Positions 56,024 to 64,000 of a DNA stretch of 64,000 bases are shown here, one piece after another. The position numbers were made by a program, and so were the translations under genes. This stretch comes from an uncultured Bacteroidota bacterium (GTDB taxonomy: Bacteria; Bacteroidota; Bacteroidia; UBA7662; CAMTUB01): assembly GCA_947084835.1 (NCBI GenBank), contig CAMTUB010000009.1, positions 21,534 through 85,533 of the forward strand, read 5' to 3'. Numbering within the stretch: position 1 is the first letter of the stretch; every line of letters starts with the position of its first letter. The notes below the pieces were generated by a model that worked only from the letters and a program-made list of their open reading frames with translations, was not told the DNA's origin and searched no databases.

Positions 56024-56788
56024 TTATTCGTGGTTAATTAAACCACTCACAATTTGTTCAGCTAAGATTGGGTCAACCAAAATTCTACCGCAGTGCTCGC
56101 AAACGATAATTTTTTTACGAGAACGAATATCTAATTGGCGTTGAGGTGGGATTTTGTTAAAACATCCGCTGCATGAATCACGCTCAATGGTAGAAACCGC
56201 TTGTCCGTTACGAGAACCATCGCGAATACGCTTGTAAGCAACAAATAAACGCTCTTCGATTTTTTCAGCAGCTTGATGAGAAATAACTTGCAAGTCGTTT
56301 TCTTCACGCTCAGTTTCAGCAACAATTGAATCTAACTCAGATTTTTTAATTTCTAAATCACTTTTTCTACCACTAAAAACATCTGAAATTTGAATCAATT
56401 CAAGTTTTTTTTGCTCGATAGCAGCAGTATATTCTCTGATTTTCTTTTCGTTAATCTGAATATCAAGGCCAGCGATTTCTAATTCTTTGGATAAAGCATC
56501 ATACTCACGGCTGTTTTTCACATTCATTAGTTGAGCCTCATAACGCGCTTTGGCAGCAGTACAATCTTTAATTGTAGCTTTTTTTGCGTTAATTTGGTTT
56601 ACTAAGTCAGCAACTTCTTCTTCAAATTTTTGCTTACGAGTGTCTAGACCTTCAATTTCATCTTCAAGATCTTTAACTTCCAAAGGAAGTTCGCCACGCA
56701 TTCTGCGTATAATATCGATTTTTGTGTCGATTGTTTGTAGCTCATAAAGAGCTCTAAGTTTTTGTTCTACAGTTACTTCCATGTTCAA
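56024..56788 (-). CDS. Coiled-coil protein with C-terminal C4 zinc ribbon (COG1579-type)
   Basis: About 190 aa of coiled coil, then CSGCFNKIPPQ...CEHCGRIL. Lies immediately downstream of the Nif3-like gene, a conserved pairing. Confidence 0.8.
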   Translation of the reverse strand: MNMEVTVEQKLRALYELQTIDTKIDIIRRMRGELPLEVKDLEDEIEGLDTRKQKFEEEVADLVNQINAKKATIKDCTAAKARYEAQLMNVKNSREYDALSKELEIAGLDIQINEKKIREYTAAIEQKKLELIQISDVFSGRKSDLEIKKSELDSIVAETEREENDLQVISHQAAEKIEERLFVAYKRIRDGSRNGQAVSTIERDSCSGCFNKIPPQRQLDIRSRKKIIVCEHCGRILVDPILAEQIVSGLINHE

Positions 56789-57879
56789 TAGTAATGAACG
56801 GGGTTGGTATTAATCCCTGAAATTCGAACCGCAAATGTAGTATAATTTTCGCTAATAATTCTACAAAGTATTTCACTTGTAAATTGTTCGCTTTCGTAAT
56901 GCCCGATATCGCATAATATGATACGATTATCTGCATCAAAAAATTGGTGGTATTTCAAATCAGAGGTTATAAAAATATCTGCTTTTGCTGCAATCGCTGC
57001 CTGCGTTAAAAAGCTTCCCGAGCCACCGCAAACTGCTACGGTTTTAATTTCTACCTTGGTAGGTTTAGTGTATTTGATACTTTTAGCTCCGAAAGTCTTT
57101 TTAATTTGAGTTAGCAAATCATTAAACAAAACAGGCTTTTCAAAAGATCCGACCATTCCACACCCGATTAACGGGTTCACATTTGAAATGGGTGCCAAGT
57201 AATAGGCCACTTCCTCGTAGGGATGGCTTATTGTCATGTTTTTTAAAACATCGTTGATTTTGTGATTCTCAACAAGTACCTCGATTTTAGTTTCTTCAAC
57301 GGATTCTAATATTCCTGATTTTCCGATGGTTGGATTCGCATTTTCGTTTGGCAGAAATGTACCAATTCCAGCGCTATTAAAACTTGCTTCAGAATAATTA
57401 CCAATATTTCCAGCCCCAGCATCAAATAGTGCATTTCTAACTTTTTCAGCATCTGTTTTTGGTACAAATACGGTAAGTTTAGACATTAAACCTGCTTTCC
57501 CATCCAAAATTCGCGTATTTATTAGTCCTAATTTGTAGCAGATTTTTTTATTTACTCCCCAATCTAAATTATCGAGGTTTGTATGTGCTGCATAGATGCA
57601 TACTTTAGATTCGATTGCTTTAAGCACTATGCGTTCAACATAACTTTTGCCTGTTATTTTTTTTAAACCTGAAAAAATTAGAGGATGATGGCAAACAATT
57701 AAATTGAAGTTTAACGAAATGGCTTCTTCTAAAACTTCTTCGGTAATGTCTAAACAAACCAACACACCTGTGATTTCAAGTTCTGGTCGTCCACATAAAA
57801 GCCCTACATTGTCGTAAGATTCTTGCAATGATTTTGGAATTTTTTGATCTAAGAAAGCAACAATTTCGGCTATTTTCAT
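56785..57879 (-). CDS. Nif3-like dinuclear metal centre protein
   Basis: 364-aa ORF. N-terminal SYDNVGLL, VCHHPLIF and a C-terminal GHYESE motif, with an inserted PII-like domain. Confidence 0.88.
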   Translation of the reverse strand: MKIAEIVAFLDQKIPKSLQESYDNVGLLCGRPELEITGVLVCLDITEEVLEEAISLNFNLIVCHHPLIFSGLKKITGKSYVERIVLKAIESKVCIYAAHTNLDNLDWGVNKKICYKLGLINTRILDGKAGLMSKLTVFVPKTDAEKVRNALFDAGAGNIGNYSEASFNSAGIGTFLPNENANPTIGKSGILESVEETKIEVLVENHKINDVLKNMTISHPYEEVAYYLAPISNVNPLIGCGMVGSFEKPVLFNDLLTQIKKTFGAKSIKYTKPTKVEIKTVAVCGGSGSFLTQAAIAAKADIFITSDLKYHQFFDADNRIILCDIGHYESEQFTSEILCRIISENYTTFAVRISGINTNPVHYY

Positions 57880-57908
57880 AAGTACAAAGCTAAATTATAA
57901 ATAGATAC

Positions 57909-57916
57909 TATTTTTG
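57909..57916 (+). promoter_or_regulatory. Candidate -7 box (TATTTTTG) abutting the lpxK start
   Basis: Exact TAnnTTTG ending 4 nt before the ATG at 57921. Confidence 0.4.
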
Positions 57917-57920
57917 TCGG

Positions 57921-58934
57921 ATGAATTTCATTTTAAAGCCAATTTCGTACTTCTACCAATGGGTTACAACTCTCCGGAACAAGATGTACGACCATGAAAT
58001 TCTTAAATCTACCAGCTTTGATATTCCCGTTATTGTTTTAGGTAATTTGTCGGCAGGAGGAACTGGTAAAACACCGCACACAGCATATATATGCGATTGG
58101 CTTAATGCTGAAGGATTTAATGTTGCCATATTGAGCCGCGGATATGGCCGTAAAACCAAAGGTTTTCGAATTGTAAACTCCGATGATGAAGCCAAGAAGG
58201 TGGGTGACGAGCCACTCATGTTGAGTCAAAGAGGATTTAAAACGTTTGTTTGTGAAAGCAGGGTAGTAGGAATTCAAAAAATCCTCCGTATAGATAACTC
58301 AATTGATATTATTGTATTGGACGATGCTTTTCAACATCGTGCTTTAAAAGCAGGATTTTATATTCTGTTATCAGTTATTAACAAGCCATGGTGGAAAGAT
58401 GCCATTTTGCCCTTCGGTAAATTGCGTGAAAATTCTGAAAAAGCAATGGAAAGAGCAGATATGATGGTGATTTCAAAATGCGCTCGGTTGCCACAAGATT
58501 TGACAGAGTTTAAGAATCATTTGCCTGAAAAAATTCCAATACTTGCGAGTGAATTTATTTATGGGAATATCGAAACAAGAATTGGAAATCCTTTTGCAAT
58601 AAATAGCGATTATTTACTTGTTACTGGTATTGCAGATCCAAGTTCGTTGCTTGTGCATTTACAAGAAAATCCGCCAGCACTTCGGCTTCAATTTAACGAT
58701 CATTATTCTTTTCAATTGGTTGATATTTACAGTATTATTCAGAAATCAGCCGAAAGGAATGTCCAACAAATATTAACTACAGAAAAAGACTGGATGCGTT
58801 TTGCACCTTTTCATTCAATATTTGAAAAAGCAAACCTATCTTTGGCATTTTTGCCTATTAATGTAAATTTTCTACCCAACGATGAGAAATTACTTAAAGC
58901 GCAAATCTTGAATTTTATAAATACGAAAAAATGA
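57921..58934 (+). CDS. lpxK: Tetraacyldisaccharide 4'-kinase
   Basis: VIVLGNLSAGGTGKTP P-loop and SRGYGRK motif. Confidence 0.92.
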   Translation: MNFILKPISYFYQWVTTLRNKMYDHEILKSTSFDIPVIVLGNLSAGGTGKTPHTAYICDWLNAEGFNVAILSRGYGRKTKGFRIVNSDDEAKKVGDEPLMLSQRGFKTFVCESRVVGIQKILRIDNSIDIIVLDDAFQHRALKAGFYILLSVINKPWWKDAILPFGKLRENSEKAMERADMMVISKCARLPQDLTEFKNHLPEKIPILASEFIYGNIETRIGNPFAINSDYLLVTGIADPSSLLVHLQENPPALRLQFNDHYSFQLVDIYSIIQKSAERNVQQILTTEKDWMRFAPFHSIFEKANLSLAFLPINVNFLPNDEKLLKAQILNFINTKK

Positions 58935-59755
58935 CTGAAAGTATTGTACAAGCTACAAATGAAGCTGTTGCGTATATCAAAGGTTTAAATCCAACAACAC
59001 CAGAAACTGGAATAATCTTAGGCACAGGTTTAGGTAAATTAGTTGATCATGTTGAAATTGAAATGTCTATCGATTACGGTGATATTCCAAATTTCCCTAT
59101 ATCTACAGTTGAAGGGCATAAAGGAAAATTAATTTTTGGTAAGTTAAGCGGCAAACCTGTAGTTATTATGCAAGGCCGTTTCCATTATTACGAAGGGTAT
59201 TCGTTGCGCCAAGCTACATTGCCTGTTAGAGTAATGCATAAATTAGGAGTAAAACAAATGTTGGTATCTAACGCTGCAGGTGGTGTAAACACTGCGATGA
59301 AAGTGGGTGATATCATGTTGTTAACTGACCATATTAATTTGTTGCCTGATAATCCTTTACGTGGTGTTCATGAGCCTGAATTAGGCGCGCGTTTCCCAGA
59401 TATGTCTGAGGCATACGATAAAAAGCTTATTAAAAGAGCTGTTGAAATCGCTAACAGAGAAGGCATTTTATTACACCAAGGCGTTTATGCTGCGGTTGCT
59501 GGGCCAAATTTCGAAACACAAGCAGAGTATCGTTATGTTAGAGCAGTAGGTGCAGATGCTGTTGGTATGTCTACAGTGCCTGAGGTGATTGTTTGTGCAC
59601 AAATTGGTTTGCCTGTTTTAGGGATTTCTGCTATCACAGATGAAGCTTTCCCTGAAGAATACGTTATTGTTACCCACGAATATGTGATACAAGCTGCTGC
59701 AATTGCAGAGCCCAAAATGGTTACTTTATTTAAAAACCTAGTTGCCGAATGCTAA
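58931..59755 (+). CDS. Purine nucleoside phosphorylase (trimeric PNP family)
   Basis: GIILGTGLG, EGHKGKLIFG, GRFHYYEGY, NAAGG and GMSTVPE motifs. A 4-nt overlap with lpxK. Confidence 0.9.
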   Translation: MTESIVQATNEAVAYIKGLNPTTPETGIILGTGLGKLVDHVEIEMSIDYGDIPNFPISTVEGHKGKLIFGKLSGKPVVIMQGRFHYYEGYSLRQATLPVRVMHKLGVKQMLVSNAAGGVNTAMKVGDIMLLTDHINLLPDNPLRGVHEPELGARFPDMSEAYDKKLIKRAVEIANREGILLHQGVYAAVAGPNFETQAEYRYVRAVGADAVGMSTVPEVIVCAQIGLPVLGISAITDEAFPEEYVIVTHEYVIQAAAIAEPKMVTLFKNLVAEC

Positions 59756-61566
59756 AAACTACCTTAGGGTGGTGCTTTATTCTTTTATGTTGTGTGGCTG
59801 AAGTAGGAGCACAACAAGTAAAAGAAAATATCCCAAACAAAGCATTAAAGGAATTGAAAACCTTTGATGCTTTGTCTTTTAATTTAGATACTATTTTTTC
59901 TAAAGGTGTTGATTCTGCACTTTTTACCGTTCACCAATATGCATTAGGATGCAGTTTCAACGATTTGCGTGGAAATATTGGCAGAAATGGCTCATCTAGT
60001 TTCTCTTTTTTGATTGATAAACGGTTTAATAACTCTTTAAAAACAGGAATTGATGGATGGGAAGCTATCAAAACCATGTCGGAAGGAGACTTTTTTAGGA
60101 GTCAAATTCCAATTACCCGATTAAAGTTTGTTGCTGGCTCTGGAAATGAACAAACGCTCCATTTTTTTCATACTCAAGATTTAGGTGAAAATGCAAATTT
60201 ATCTATTCAATATAATACTATAAGTAATCAGGGGTTTTACGCTAATCAGAACACCTCAAACCGTGATTTTATTGCATCCTTAAGTGCCTCAACTCCCAAT
60301 AAAAAGTTTGGTTTTTTGGCAAAGGTATGGTCGGGACGCGCACTTCAAAGTGAAAATGGGGGCGTAGCAGATTCTGCTTTTTTAATATCTAAAAGCAATT
60401 TACCTCTTCTATCACAATCAATAAATATATCCGATGCAAAAGCTAGGTTTAGCAATCATGGTTTCGACTTACACCAATTTTTGAAACTCAATAAAGAGTC
60501 TCTGACTTTGCATCATAGAGTTTTAGTTCAAAAAAACGTATTTTCATATACAAGTCAAACTCCAAAAGGGAATCAGAATTATTTTCAAAACTATTTTTTA
60601 GACTCGCTTAAAACGGGCGATACAACCCAATATATGGGACTGAATACTACGCTTAGTTTACAATATCAGCCTAAAAATGCTGATTTTAAAGTAGAAGTTT
60701 ATGGCGGGTATAGAAACAGAAACAGTTCCTATTTTGGAGCAGCAAAGAATTTTGAGAACACGTTTGCGGGTGTAAATGCTTCGGTTGATTTATTTCCTAA
60801 TGGGAGGCTATCTACGGCATCGGAATATACCTTTTCAGGGTATGGGAAAACGGGTATTAGACAAGAGGTAGCTTTTAATTATTCAAAAAATATAGTTTTC
60901 AACCTAATTGGGTTTTATTACAACGAGGCTCAAGCATTACTGTATCAATATGCTTACGGAAATCATTTTAAGTGGGATAATAATTTTAGCAACGAAAAAA
61001 GAAGTGGAGTGAAGTTGTCTGTTAAGAAATCTTTTTTTGATATTGAAGCAATTACCCAAATCCAAAATGGAATTGTGGTGTTTACGGGACTTGATAAACC
61101 AATCCAAAGCGTTGAAATTGTTTCGTCTAGCAGAGCAACAATAGGGTTAACCTTGGATTACAAAAGTTTAGGATTTAGAACAAAAACTGGATTTCAGTCC
61201 ACAAATAATGCTTTTTTGGTTCGTGTGCCAAGTGTTTATACTTTTTCAAGTTTATATTGGCAACACAAATTTAAAGCTGGTTGGAAGTTGTTGTTAGGCA
61301 GTGACTTTATGTATACAACAGCCTATAGGTCATTAGGGTATAATCCAGCTTTGGGGATATTTACCAATACTCAGTCTGATTTTGCAAGTGGGAATTGGCC
61401 TAAACTGGACACATATGGTATAATTCAAGTTAAGCAAACCAAGATTTTTGTAAAACTTGAAAATGCATTAAAACCTATTTTTAACAGAGACTTTGCTTAT
61501 GTTTGGCCTTATCCACAACCTGGAATGCTATTTAGGTTTGGGTTAGAATGGAATTTTTACAATTAA
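59749..61566 (+). CDS. Putative outer-membrane beta-barrel protein (putative porin family)
   Basis: Signal peptide ...AEVGAQQ. Alternating beta-strand-like pattern rich in Tyr, Gly, Asn and Ser. Aromatic C-terminus ...FGLEWNFYN. Confidence 0.45.
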   Translation: MLKTTLGWCFILLCCVAEVGAQQVKENIPNKALKELKTFDALSFNLDTIFSKGVDSALFTVHQYALGCSFNDLRGNIGRNGSSSFSFLIDKRFNNSLKTGIDGWEAIKTMSEGDFFRSQIPITRLKFVAGSGNEQTLHFFHTQDLGENANLSIQYNTISNQGFYANQNTSNRDFIASLSASTPNKKFGFLAKVWSGRALQSENGGVADSAFLISKSNLPLLSQSINISDAKARFSNHGFDLHQFLKLNKESLTLHHRVLVQKNVFSYTSQTPKGNQNYFQNYFLDSLKTGDTTQYMGLNTTLSLQYQPKNADFKVEVYGGYRNRNSSYFGAAKNFENTFAGVNASVDLFPNGRLSTASEYTFSGYGKTGIRQEVAFNYSKNIVFNLIGFYYNEAQALLYQYAYGNHFKWDNNFSNEKRSGVKLSVKKSFFDIEAITQIQNGIVVFTGLDKPIQSVEIVSSSRATIGLTLDYKSLGFRTKTGFQSTNNAFLVRVPSVYTFSSLYWQHKFKAGWKLLLGSDFMYTTAYRSLGYNPALGIFTNTQSDFASGNWPKLDTYGIIQVKQTKIFVKLENALKPIFNRDFAYVWPYPQPGMLFRFGLEWNFYN

Positions 61567-62831
61567 GTTTTCTGCTTCTTTTTCTTAGCAGCCGGAAACA
61601 ATATATTATTTAAAATCAAACGATATCCAGCAGAATTAGGATGTAAATTCAAGTCTGTTGGCGGTTCTCCAACCATATGTTGGTAATCTTCGGGGTCGTG
61701 TCCTCCATAAAATGTCCAAGTGCCTTTCCCAAACTCACCATGAATATACCGTGCTTCATTTGCCTGTTTGTTCTCGCCCAAAATGAGTACATCTGATTTG
61801 ATGTAATTTTTTTTGAAAGCAGTAGTTTGTCCCATAAACCCTTTGATAATTTGATCGTGGTTTTGGCAAAGCATGGTTGGAACTGGATCCCATTTAGCAG
61901 AAAAATCAAACAGAGTAAAAAAGTCGTTAGCTTCTGTTAAAGTTCTTCCTTGGGTTGCATCAATGGTACTAAACTCGTATTCGTATGGATTTCTACTTAA
62001 CTGGAAGTTGTGAAATGCAAATGTTTGTGAAAATTCAAGTTTCTCTTGGCAAGTAGCATCAGCCGGATCGCCATCGAACATGCTTTCGCAAATGTCAGTA
62101 TTTAAGGCAGCAAGTGCAATGTCGTAACTGTCGGTAGCAGAGCACATTGCGAACAAAAATCCGCCTCCTGAAACAAATTCACGTATGCGTAAACTTACCG
62201 CAAGTTTTAGTTGCGATACTTTTTTAAAACCGTGCCTAGCCGCAGTAGCTTCGGCCTCTTTTACTTCAGTTCTGTACCAGGCAGCATCTTTATAATTTGC
62301 CCAAAATCTACCATATTGTCCTGTAAAATCTTCGTGATGCAAGTGGAGCCAATCGTATAAAGGAAGCTTGTTTGTTAAAACTTCATCATCGTAAATAATG
62401 TCGTAGGGTATTTCAGCGTAGGTTAATGCTAGAGTTACAGCATCATCCCATGGCAATTTTGTTTTGGGAGAATACACACAAATTTTAGGAAGCTTCTCGA
62501 GCTTCACAATATCCATATTCACTTCAGGATTTCCAATTTCGGTTTGTATGCTTCTGAATTTTACGTCAGGAATTATTTCGAAACTTATACCACGAATTAC
62601 ACATTCTCTTTCAATGGCTGAATTGTGATACATGGCAAAGCTGCCACCTCTATAATTTAAAAGCCAATGTACAGTTTCGTTTTTTCCAATAACCCAATAA
62701 GCTATGCCGTACGATTTAAGGTGGTTTTTCTGTCCACCATCCATTGGAATAAGTAAATAAGCAGCTTGAGCCTTTATAATAAAGCCAATCGAAAATATTA
62801 ATATGAAAAAGAAACGTTTGTTTTTGGTCAT
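61563..62831 (-). CDS. Secreted protein of unknown function
   Basis: Start moved to ATG 62829-62831 (MTKNKRFFFILIFSIGFIIKAQA signal peptide). 422 aa. I cannot confidently assign a family. Confidence 0.55.
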   Translation of the reverse strand: MTKNKRFFFILIFSIGFIIKAQAAYLLIPMDGGQKNHLKSYGIAYWVIGKNETVHWLLNYRGGSFAMYHNSAIERECVIRGISFEIIPDVKFRSIQTEIGNPEVNMDIVKLEKLPKICVYSPKTKLPWDDAVTLALTYAEIPYDIIYDDEVLTNKLPLYDWLHLHHEDFTGQYGRFWANYKDAAWYRTEVKEAEATAARHGFKKVSQLKLAVSLRIREFVSGGGFLFAMCSATDSYDIALAALNTDICESMFDGDPADATCQEKLEFSQTFAFHNFQLSRNPYEYEFSTIDATQGRTLTEANDFFTLFDFSAKWDPVPTMLCQNHDQIIKGFMGQTTAFKKNYIKSDVLILGENKQANEARYIHGEFGKGTWTFYGGHDPEDYQHMVGEPPTDLNLHPNSAGYRLILNNILFPAAKKKKQKT

Positions 62832-62984
62832 TTTGCCTGAACAGATAAAAAAATGAGGTTTAGTTATCAATGCAAATATCAGTTAATATCAACGTTTTAA
62901 ATAGCTTTTATTTTCCTTTTTGGAGTTGAATCACAAAGCGATCCTCTGTTTTTTCGACTGTTTGGTTTAAATTTTTGTTAATAC

Positions 62985-62996
62985 TGATAATTATCA
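62985..62996. promoter_or_regulatory. Perfect 12-bp palindrome TGATAATTATCA upstream of citrate synthase (possible operator)
   Basis: Directly visible, 61 nt upstream of the gltA ATG. It contains GATAAT/ATTATC half-sites reminiscent of Fur-type boxes. Function is inferred only. Confidence 0.2.
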
Positions 62997-63057
62997 AGAT
63001 AAAACACCGTAAAACTGCTCGTTTTTAACTAATTTAGTGCCGTTTTTACAGATTACA

Positions 63058-64000
63058 ATGTCAAACTTTGCAGAATTAAAATATGAAGATAAAACCTATA
63101 AACTTCCGGTTATTATAGGTACTGAAAACGAAATAGCTATTGATATTTCGAAATTGAGGGATGAGTCGGGAATAATTACATTAGATGTAGGGTATAAAAA
63201 TACGGGGGCAACTTCAAGTAAAATAACCTTTATTGATGGTGATTTAGGCATTTTGCGTTATCGGGGATACCCAATTGAGCAATTAGCTGAGCAATCTACC
63301 TTTATGGAAGTGAGCTATTTGTTGATTTATGGTGATTTGCCTACTCAAGTTCAGTTAAAAGAGTTTGAAGAATCGATAACTAAGCACACACTAGTACACG
63401 AAAATGTTAAGAAATTTATGGATGCTTATCCAGCTAATGTTCATCCAATGGGTGTTTTATTGGCAATAGTATCTTCACTTTCTTCGTTTTATCCAAAATC
63501 GTTAAATCCGCATCGTTCTCCTGAAGAGATTGATCGCACAATTCATCGATTAATTGCTAAAACAGCAACAATTGCTGCTTGGACGTATAAAAAGTCGATG
63601 GGTCATCCGTATATGTATCCGAACAATAAGCTTGATTATGTTTCAAATTTTTTGTCTATGATGTTTGGAATGCGTACCGAAGAATTTGAAGTTGATCCAG
63701 TAATTACGGATGCTTTAAATAAGTTATTGATTTTACATGCAGACCATGAGCAGAACTGCTCAACATCATCGGTTAGAATTGTAGGTTCATCTCAAGCAAA
63801 CCTATATGCAACAATTTCATCAGGAATTGCGGCACTTTGGGGACCATTGCACGGTGGAGCGAATCAAGCAGTTATCGAGATGCTTGAAGATATCAAAGCA
63901 GATGGTGGCGATGTTATGAAATATATCAACAAAGCAAAAGACAAAAACGACCCTTTCCGTTTGATGGGCTTTGGACATAGAGTTTACAAGAATTTTGACC
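63058..64000 (+). CDS. gltA: Citrate synthase (3' end outside window; absent from ORF track)
   Basis: Hand translation from ATG 63058: MSNFAELKYEDKTYKLPVIIGTENE...ILHADHEQNCSTSSVR...WGPLHGGANQAV...GFGHRVYKNFD. The frame is open to the window end. Confidence 0.93.
   Translation, partial: MSNFAELKYEDKTYKLPVIIGTENEIAIDISKLRDESGIITLDVGYKNTGATSSKITFIDGDLGILRYRGYPIEQLAEQSTFMEVSYLLIYGDLPTQVQLKEFEESITKHTLVHENVKKFMDAYPANVHPMGVLLAIVSSLSSFYPKSLNPHRSPEEIDRTIHRLIAKTATIAAWTYKKSMGHPYMYPNNKLDYVSNFLSMMFGMRTEEFEVDPVITDALNKLLILHADHEQNCSTSSVRIVGSSQANLYATISSGIAALWGPLHGGANQAVIEMLEDIKADGGDVMKYINKAKDKNDPFRLMGFGHRVYKNFD

Overview
AT-rich, very gene-dense chromosomal segment that reads as Bacteroidota, Flavobacteriia/Cytophagia-like. 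Supporting signs are a T9SS C-terminal sorting domain, BshA, DUF4476/DUF4834-type proteins, TAnnTTTG -7 promoter boxes, A-rich rather than Shine-Dalgarno start contexts, and many stop/start overlaps. I call 67 protein-coding genes. Two are cut by the window edges: feoB on the left and citrate synthase on the right (the latter is not in the ORF track). I also call one tRNA-Ser(GGA), six visible stem-loop terminators and several candidate -7 boxes.

Content is mostly housekeeping:
- Translation: gltX, glyQS, cysS, rpsT, rsmI.
- Envelope: PBP1A, lnt, lpxK, a SurA/PpiD-like chaperone row, a glycosyltransferase/methyltransferase cluster, a YfhO-like GT-C protein.
- DNA metabolism: mutL, xseAB, radC, comF.
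- Central metabolism: eno, gltA, ansA, PNP.

I saw no rRNA, CRISPR array, transposase or integrase, prophage, or recognisable defence island. I cannot point to a convincing large novel multi-gene system.

The observations most worth follow-up are:
1. An orphan promoter-equipped pair of small ORFs at 47.43-47.99 kb: a 7-Cys 51-aa peptide below the ORF-track cut-off plus a 112-aa protein with a HIRAN-like sequence pattern. A strong GC-rich hairpin lies inside it.
2. A MutL whose C-terminal endonuclease and zinc motifs are all substituted although the scaffold stays colinear.
3. A PurN-like formyltransferase paralogue with the catalytic His and Asp replaced by Gln and Asn, translationally coupled (TAATG) to a 501-aa repeat-containing lipoprotein.
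4. A threonine-dehydrogenase-type SDR embedded in the glycan cluster.

All family assignments come from reading the translated ORFs. No database search or computation was run.
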